Assembly: GCA_000934665.2 (NCBI GenBank)
Contig: KZ538186.1
Span: 62,001 to 105,970 of the forward strand
Source: Catajapyx aquilonaris
Lineage: Eukaryota
Direction of reading: 5' to 3'
DNA: 43,970 bases
Shown here: one piece after another, positions 36,601-43,970 of the stretch
Layout: each line of letters begins with the position of its first letter
Numbering within the stretch: the stretch's first letter is position 1
Notes under the pieces: generated by a model
The model's database searches: none
What the model was told of the DNA's origin: nothing
The model's input: the letters and a program-made list of their open reading frames with translations, nothing else
Translations under genes and position numbers: made by a program

Positions 36601-39600
36601 TGTCTGATGCACCCCTAAAAGGCTCTGCCCTATCATGGGGTCGAATAAATAAATTAAATAAATAAAAATGTACCACGTTTCCACATCTGTTCCATCTGTT
36701 GCTAGTTAATGAGTACAGCACTTTTTTTCTTTTTTCAAATAATCGGGTAGTGTTTGACCTCATTGCAAGGTATGTAGCACAGACCTTTATTAGGTACTTG
36801 TATACACTGTACATTTTTTGGAACCTTTTACGAAGTACCCAGGTCTGCGGGCAGGCATGAGTGGGAGGGGGAGGTGCAAGTGCAATGTCTCATACGGTCA
36901 TTTTGTGAGTTCCCCTGGGTGGTTAGTCTCAAGGAATCCCACCCGAGACAAAGCCAGAGACGACCCAACTCTGCACGAGATGAAGGGGGGAATGCCCGGG
37001 CTTGGGATCGAACCCTGGACCCTTCCATCCGTGGGGATGCATGATTCCGCAGCGTCACTCCGCTTCCCTGAGTACAGCACATTTAATAACACTCTTACTA
37101 AGACAGATCCAAAGGTGAGTGATTACCCATGCCCTTTCACTCTGGAAAACCTCAACATATTTCGGAGAAAACAAAGCATGATAATTAAGCCTTCACTGTC
37201 ATTGGATTTGCAAAAATTTTAGGAAATTTAGAAAAGCTTTTCAAGATTCATGAAAGTACAGGATGGAAAAATGGGGACATTGAATAGTGAGAGCTTTTCT
37301 CCCCTCAGATCTTCCCTTAAGTCACTCTAGGTTCACATGCTAAAACACAGTAGATTTACCTTTGAGCGTTCCAGCCATATACCGTGTCATCATGACCAAG
37401 GCAAGCTTGCTTTGTCCATATGCCTCCCTTGGGAGATATGCTGATGCTCTGTTGAGGTCATCCATCCGCAGATCCCCAGCAAAGTGTGCTAGTGCAGACA
37501 CATTAATAATTCTCCCTCCTTCTTCAGCACGTCGTAATTTGGGCAACAGCAAGTGGGTGAGGAGAAAGTGTCCCAGGTAGTTTGAGGCTAGATGAATTTC
37601 ATGACCTTCTGAAGTCGTAGAGAAAGGGTGCCACATGATGCCAGCATTGTTAATAAGGATATCCACCACAGGGCAATCTAGCCCTAATACAAAGGTCCGG
37701 ACTGACTCTAGGAGGGAGACATCCAAGGTGTGGGTCTCCACTTTCTTGGATCCAGATTTCAGCTTTATGTCTTCCACTGCCTGTTGGCCTAGGGCAGCAT
37801 CACGACAGGCAATTATGATGCGCCCTCCTGAAAACAAAAAAACTGGCTCTGATAATGTCCTTACGATGTCACAAGCAATAAAGAATGCCAAATAACTAAG
37901 AGGTTTTCCAGAGACCACATGATCCTTAACTCCTCAAAAGTTCAAGATTATGACACCATGTAAGATTCTTATGCAATTAATATTCTAGCACACTGATAAG
38001 TTATGTGCAAAACATGTTAAAGAGCATATTTCAATGCAGAAAGTTATTGGTGCAAAATTATGTACCAGGAACAGCCATTGTATCAATTATACACTAAAAG
38101 GCTAGGGATTTCCTTTTCATTGGGTCTGCCTTTATTCATAACCTCAATGGTGAATCTTGAGTGGAAGTGGCAATGGGAGAACCTAAAGCAACATCAAGCA
38201 AACATGGAGAGAACCCATCAACATTCTTGCTTCATGAGAATATCCTTCATTTAATCACAGAATCAAACTCGGGACCTCAAAGGTGGCTGTGGCATAAATC
38301 CCTACATAAGGATGTCACAAACAATGTAGTTACTATACGTATATTATTAAAGGTTCTTTGCACTTTCAGTGGCCATTTTTAATCAGAAAACATGGCACAT
38401 TTGCAACTTTCAAGCCTGAATTTTTACACCTCACAGAGCAGACCGGAAAAAACTGTTTTCATTAATTTAATTAAGAACAACCTCCAATAGAAATTTTCAA
38501 TCTGCATATGGCATAATAATGAACCCTTGTGGACCCTTTTTCATGCTGTACAGTTGCACGCATAATGAAGCAAGACATGCTTGGTCAGAAGATCCAACAA
38601 GTTCAATGCAAATCTGGCGATGTCTATGGTCTAACACAAATGTCATTAATGCATTGCATGAAATTGACATGTACTCTACAGTGCAATGGCTTATTCTTCC
38701 ACTGAGGTAGAGCATCACCAGTTTTACACTGAAGTCGTTGGTGCTCCTTTTTAAGCCTGTCTCTATCATTATATTTGCAAGTTTACAAAGGCTACTAACA
38801 ATATACTTTATGTCTCCTAAACCTGCATTCTTCCTAATCAAAATCTGAAGTCAAGACACAAACAGGAAAGGTGACTTCTAACCTTGCAGGAAAAGCACAA
38901 CTGTTCAAAAATGCAACTTGAGGAAAACTAGCAAGCATGATAGGGAATCTGTAAAGGCCACTTCACAAACTCAGCATTGCGAAAGAGGGGCGAAATGCTC
39001 GTTTTACAAACTTGGATTTGCACAAGCGGGCGTGCGGAGCTCGGAAAACTTGCGAAAGGCTATTCACAAATGCTGCGTGCGATGACCGTGCGCGGGCGTT
39101 GCGCTGGCGTCCAACCGGGTGGACTTTCTGCATGCGATGAGCGGAAGGCCCACACGCCCCGCTTTCGCAAAGCCGTGTTTGTGAAGCGGCCTTACGCTCC
39201 CTATTCATGTCAATCAGTAGAGATTTTTAGTTCAAAATGTGCATGATTGTGCCAACCGAAAAATGTAAGCAGAGTGTGTGAGCTGAGATGGAGGGGTCAA
39301 AACTCCGCTAACATGTAAATGCTCTAATTTAATATGGCCACAGAAGATTGAAACATGTCATTCTCTTCTTATAGCAATGGTAACACCAGGGTCAAACCTT
39401 CAATACAAAGGGTATGTAAATTTTTACAGCTCTACATCCATGCACTGACAGTGTTCAATTCAACGAAATATTATTATGATACCGTATTTGACCACCTTGC
39501 GGGTAACTGCACAATGATTGCCTACCTCGTTTAGCAAGTTCCACGGCAGTTTCAAATCCCATTCCACTGTTGCCACCAGTTATCACCACTGTCTTTCCAG

Positions 39601-39815
39601 CAAGCTCAGCATTACTCGGGCATGTGGGTCCACCCATGTACGTCCTGTCAGGAGACATCAAGGCCACAATCAGTCAGCAGTCAATTCCCCAGTAATAATA
39701 ACAAATATATGCATGAGTAGTACTTGAGGCAAGTGATTACACCAACAACAAGGGCAATGATGTATGGCCACCAGCTACTCAGAGGGTCTCCAATGGGGGG
39801 TGCTGTTGCATCCAT
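31024..39815 (-). CDS. RDH11/12/13/14-family short-chain dehydrogenase/reductase, 330 aa, 5 exons
   Basis: Exons 39724-39815, 39526-39644, 37360-37827, 31186-31393 and 31024-31129 total 993 nt with consistent phases. N-terminal TM (SSWWPYIIALVVGVITCLK), TGGNSGMG, IACRD, NNAG, NYLGHF, NVSALAH, YGQSK, NPG and QGAQT..SGKYFSDC motifs. Confidence 0.93.
31539..31649. mobile_element. hAT-type miniature element (111 bp)
   Basis: TIR CAGGGATGGAAAAAG(T/A)ACCGCTT; perfect 8-bp TSD CAAAAAAC at 31531-31538 and 31650-31657. Confidence 0.85.
33245..33618 (+). mobile_element. Degenerate tRNA-derived SINE ending in a (TAT/TAC)n microsatellite
   Basis: Head AGTGGTGCTGCGGTAA...GTTCGATCCC, similar to the head at 37000-37068; (TAT)n at 33570-33618. 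Confidence 0.65.
34264..35941 (-). mobile_element. Tc1-family transposon with ~250-bp terminal inverted repeats and a decayed transposase
   Basis: TA-flanked; 34264-34515 is the reverse complement of 35690-35941. Minus-strand remnants MVWGCM, IFQQD, DLNPIE and EAVIAAHG are typical of DD34E Tc1 transposases, with stops and frameshifts. Confidence 0.92.
36040..36460 (+). mobile_element. Probable 3' fragment of a non-LTR retrotransposon ORF2
   Basis: CTWCNLNEPYSLYHILYNCP is a CCHC-type knuckle typical of LINE ORF2 C-termini; it ends at an N base (36462) and a poly-C run. Confidence 0.5.
36722..37068 (-). mobile_element. tRNA-derived SINE with A-rich tail
   Basis: Minus-strand B box GGTTCGATCCC; 12-bp TSD TGAGTACAGCAC at 36710-36721 and 37069-37080. 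Confidence 0.8.
38956..39191. mobile_element. PIF/Harbinger-type MITE
   Basis: ~36-bp TIR GGCC(A/G)CTTCACAAAC...GCGAAAG(A/C)GGGGCG; TTA right flank. Confidence 0.75.
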
Positions 39816-40372
39816 TCCTAGCTGTGCTAGCTGTCCTGCAGTGGTATCTGCTGGGTCAGCGATGTAACAGAGCAACGAACTACAGGACTGTTAATCCAGG
39901 ATTAGTGATTAAGTTCTCCCTCATCTGTTCCGATGATGGTAGGGAAGAAGTGAGAAGGGAGGAGCTGGGAGGGGGAAGGAGCCTTCAATTGACATTCAGA
40001 GCAGGCAGGAAATTAAATCGAGAGCTGCGGCCGCCTTCTTCCTCCACCACCCAATCCTCTGATCCTCTGATTGAGGAAAATATTTGTTCATAAGCTTCCT
40101 AGTTCAGTGGGTGATCTCATGCATATTAAGAAGACTAGGGATGCCAGAAATGTAAATTAACATCATACTCACGATTTGAATATCTTCCAATAATTCGGTT
40201 TAATATCTGAGAAATGTCGAGTAATGCATTTTATTATAAATTTATTGGTGCGTAGCATGTAAAATTATTGCGCGACAAATGAAATCTAACGAGGTGTGTA
40301 TATGTAAAAAAATTTATATAAATAATGGTTTTTAGTTGAGATGCATCCCGGCGGAGAGAAGCAATTTCAAAG

Positions 40373-40522
40373 GCGTATACTGGCCGAGAATTCTCGAGTA
40401 GGACTCGAGGATGCGACTCTGCCTGACGTCATAATGACGTATGCTGTGCAAGCTCGTAATTTGACGTCTCGCAGAGTCGCATCCTCGAGTTCAACTCAAG
40501 ACAGCCTCGGCCAGTATACCGC
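40373..40522. mobile_element. Small palindromic MITE (Harbinger-like)
   Basis: GTATACTGGCCGAG...ACTCGAGGATGCGACTCTGC is the reverse complement of GCAGAGTCGCATCCTCGAGT...CTCGGCCAGTATAC. Confidence 0.75.
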
Positions 40523-40868
40523 TTACGGCGGGCTGCATGAACGCGAGTAGTTTTATGCCTACAATTGCGGTTTATTGTGCTCGGATAATTTTCATTATTT
40601 TTTCAGGCAGACTTTAGACCATAACTAACAGTTCGGTGCAGGTCCATCATCTCGGGGGACATGCTGGAGTGTGTGAGAGAAGCTCTATACAAATGTGGCT
40701 ATCTGGACCTGCAGCACAAAATAATATCTCTATTGTTATATACGTTTCATTATTCGTTTACAGATCTTTCAGCCTTGAATATGGGTCCTCCGCCTCACCT
40801 TAGGGGATTTAAATGCGATGTAAGCATTATAGGGAAAAGTGTTCAGTGTACATAATGCAGCTAAAACC

Positions 40869-40918
40869 ATCATCATTATTATTATCATTATTATTATCAT
40901 CATTATTACCATTATTAC

Positions 40919-40963
<45 letters not shown>
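40869..40963. repeat. (ATT/ATC)n microsatellite
   Basis: Compound trinucleotide run. Confidence 0.92.
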
Positions 40964-40964
<1 letters not shown>

Positions 40965-41596
40965 GTTGATAATTTTTGGCCCTAATTGGAGCTCCTACAG
41001 GATGTCTGACACTCAGGATGCTAAGTCAATATTGGCAACATAATATGGGCAAGGGGGTTATAACCATAGATGATAGATAGATATCTATGGTTATAACAAT
41101 AATTCCCCCAAAAAGTGTACACCAGATCCTGGAACCGGGGGGTTCCACCTGGTTCCAGGCCGGTTCCAGAGGGACCCTGTACACCAGTTCCACGAAGTTG
41201 TTACCCCCTTGAATATATTGGTTACAAAGGAGCAGTCTCAATATTATTGGTCCCTGCACATGACTTATTCTCTTATCAGAAAATGTAGGTTTGTTACAAG
41301 AAAATAGTTGGTTCATTCCATCTCAATTCTGTAAATATTCTGAAAAGTTGTGGCTCAACCCCTTCCGATTAATTGTAAAAAGTCAGTTAGATAGGGATCC
41401 ATACAACCACACCTTATTGCAAAATCCTAAATTTGAGGCTGCAGGAGGCAAATCTCAGGTTTTTAGCGGCTAGTTACATTACATGTGCTGTACATGGTCA
41501 TTACATGAAGGAAAATCTCGGTTCCTGTTGTGTCAGTTAAATTTCAATTCAATACATGGTATTAAAAAGTCATAAAATACAGTCGATATAGTACTG

Positions 41597-41862
41597 GGTT
41601 CAGTGGGGCTTAACGTCGGCCTATTTCTGCCTCTAAGGCTCAACACCGACGTCAGGGGGAAATTTGGCTACTCTGGGGATCTTTAACGTGCACTTGTGCA
41701 ATGTCACAAGCACACGGGACCGACGGCTTTACTTCCCCTCCGAAGGAAGGCGCACTCTCACTTTTCTACCACCCGGAGAAAAGTCACCGACCTCGGCCGG
41801 GTTCGAACCCACAACCTTGGGACCAGAGGCGAGCGCGCTAACCACTAGTCCACCAAGGCCGG
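41597..41862 (-). mobile_element. Full-length tRNA-derived SINE with Nin/Deu-like central domain
   Basis: A box TGGACTAGTGG, B box GGTTCGAACCC, core GTAAAGCCGTCGGTCCCGTGTG...GCACGTTAAAGATCCC; perfect 17-bp TSD CAGTCGATATAGTACTG at 41580-41596 and 41863-41879. Confidence 0.9.
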
Positions 41863-42257
41863 CAGTCGATATAGTACTGTACTGTACATTCGGCATAAAA
41901 ACCATTGCTGGTCCTGTAACATGTGGATAGATATTTATTACAACAATTGTCATCAAGTAAGGCACAGCAATCCCACTCAATGTAGGCCTACTGCAATCAC
42001 TAACACAACATAAAGGTATTTCGGGAAATCCACAACTTAATTAAGATATTAAAATACTGGCCATGAAAACAATGTAACTGATTGCTTCAAAACAGTCGCG
42101 ACAACTTTTGACCCTAACAGTCTTTAGCTCATAAAAACTCTACCGTTCTTACATTTCAAATCCAAAGGCATCAATGAGCTTTCCTTATCAAGAAACTGAT
42201 TACATATATCTGCCGTCATTTTAAAAAACCCCTGTGCGTGGATGGTGGCTTTCAAAT

Positions 42258-43791
42258 TTAACCAAACGGAAGGACACAAATTTCTAGCGTGCTGGCGGCC
42301 CGGAGCCGAATCTGGGCCTCCCAGCTCGGGTCAAGTTCATAGAATATGCTGAGCTCGAGGTACCGGAGGTTGCGGAAACTCCTCACTAACCCTAGGATGC
42401 CATCCTCTGTGACCTGGGAGCTTCCTGCTAGACGGAAACAAGTCAGGAGAGGACACATCTTAGCAATGACAGACAAGCACTCGTCATTCAGACAGCCACA
42501 ATACGCAAGGGTAAGCTTCTCCAGCCTGCCGACAACGTTCGTCATGGAGAAAAACCCCAGGAAATCTTCTGCAGTGCAGAAGGGTACAGCTCTGAGGGTC
42601 AAGCAACGTAGGTTGCACAGGCTCCCAATTCCAACTTGCAGGCCAGAGCCAGTGAGAGTGTTAGCTCGCATGATCTCCAGCGTCTCCAGATGGGAGAGGG
42701 ATCCAAAGAGTATGTAGGAGTCTTCGTTGAGAATTGTATCGACGCAGAGCTTCGTCAGCTGGGCCCCATGCGTGCGGGCAAGCACTTCTACTTCCACATC
42801 AGTATAGCCTTCGGCAAAAAAAAATGACACGTCAGTGAGGTTCGGCCAGTTTCTCCCTCGTCTAAAGGTCTCATCCAAAGGGAGAAAAAATTTGCGTAGA
42901 GTCAAGTGAATTTTCTCCAGTTCCAGACAGGTATTCAAAATTTCCAGGGGATGCTTCGAGTAATTCAGGTACTGCTTCTGGAAACTTCTGAGGCTGAAGT
43001 CTTGGAGCTTCCGGCATCTGCATTGTAAGAACAAAATGATGAACTGAGACACTTGATGTCCTATTTCCACCAAAACTTTTACTTACTCTTGTGCCAAAAA
43101 TTCCATCACATTCTGTGACACCACTGTATCACAAATACTGACACTCTCGAGAAAAGGAATGTTATCGGCTACTACTTTCAGCAGCAAATCAGCATTGGCG
43201 TTATCCCAGTTTTTAATCATAACTGCCTTCAGATAGGTCCTGTTGCTTGTGATCATCTCCTCTGATTCTTGCAGAGTGACTTTCCGGCCATCCAAGGTCA
43301 ACTTCTTCCTAAGACCCAGCCACTCCTTGGCCACCCTGTTCCAGTCCTTGCACACCAGTACGACGCTCGTACAGAGGGTTTTCTCCTCCAGGTACGAGAA
43401 CACCTGTGCCTTCATTTTGTCAGGGAGCCTGGAGAAGGTCTTGATGCTAGCCTGCAATTGTAAAGAGAAATTGCTTTAGAATGTAAACAAGTAACATTAT
43501 TCATTTTAGGTACAAGTTGTGTGAGTCTCTGTGGTCGAGTTAGTGCTGGTGCGGTCACCCCAAAGCCATGAGATGACACGAATGAAAAATTGGCTTTTTA
43601 TATTTCACCTTTGTCTGTGGATTCTCTTCCATACCCCTCCACAAGTCCCCCCTCTTTCTCTTCGTGGCCCTTCCCTCCAGAGTGTTCAAACCGACGTTCA
43701 AACTCTTCTCTTCAGCTTCTCTCCTGGTCTTCATACTTTTGGCAGAGCTTCTAGTTTCCATGCCGCCAAGACCGAAATTCCAACGTTCCAT
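42258..43791 (-). CDS. F-box/leucine-rich-repeat protein (FBXL-type SCF substrate adaptor), ~435 aa, 3 exons
   Basis: Exons 43609-43791, 43087-43451 and 42258-43017 total 1308 nt with phases 0 and 2. F-box FSRLPDKMKAQVFSYL...VVLVCKDWNRVA is followed by Cys-containing LRRs (LEKLTLAYCGCLNDECLSVIAKMCPLLTCFRLAGSSQVTEDGI). The first exon is less certain. Confidence 0.86.
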
Positions 43792-43970
43792 TTAGAGCGG
43801 GTAAGAGTAGCTGCCGATATTATCGTATTTGGGACTGAACCTTCTACAGCCGTGGACCAAGCGTGGACTGAACCATGGTTATTGAAGACTCAGGTTAGGT
43901 CACTCCCCACCCACCCCCTGCCGAAGGATTACGCACCGGGTGGCCACTTGAGATCGCTACGAGACATTTC

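Noticed and set aside
1..43970. CRISPR arrays, operons, rRNA or snRNA genes
   Set aside because: No regularly spaced repeat-spacer array or recognisable structural RNA gene; the window is spliceosomal-intron eukaryotic DNA.

Overview
Eukaryotic, intron-containing DNA, most likely from an arthropod or insect (inferred from protein similarity and TE types; the species cannot be determined). I reconstructed five protein-coding genes exon by exon, with consistent splice phases: the 5' part of BRF1 (TFIIIB subunit, minus, runs off the left edge), a complete SNAP-25 (minus, 7 coding exons, 211 aa), an RDH13-like SDR (plus, 6 exons, 323 aa), a convergent second RDH11-14-family SDR (minus, 5 exons, 330 aa) and an F-box/LRR protein (minus, 3 exons, 435 aa). 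Introns and intergenic DNA are dense in non-autonomous mobile elements: mariner and Tc1 remnants, pogo/Tigger, hAT, piggyBac and PIF/Harbinger-type MITEs, foldback elements, and several tRNA-derived SINE families, many with visible target-site duplications. I see no CRISPR array, rRNA or genuine tRNA gene, and no clearly new multi-gene system. The best leads are a GC-AG, in-frame, stop-free last intron in SNAP-25, a Ser-to-Ala change at the catalytic serine position of the second SDR, a mariner derivative built from two 5' ends, an end-to-end chain of TA-targeting elements including a 600-bp near-perfect palindrome, and two sense-oriented Pol III SINEs inside BRF1.
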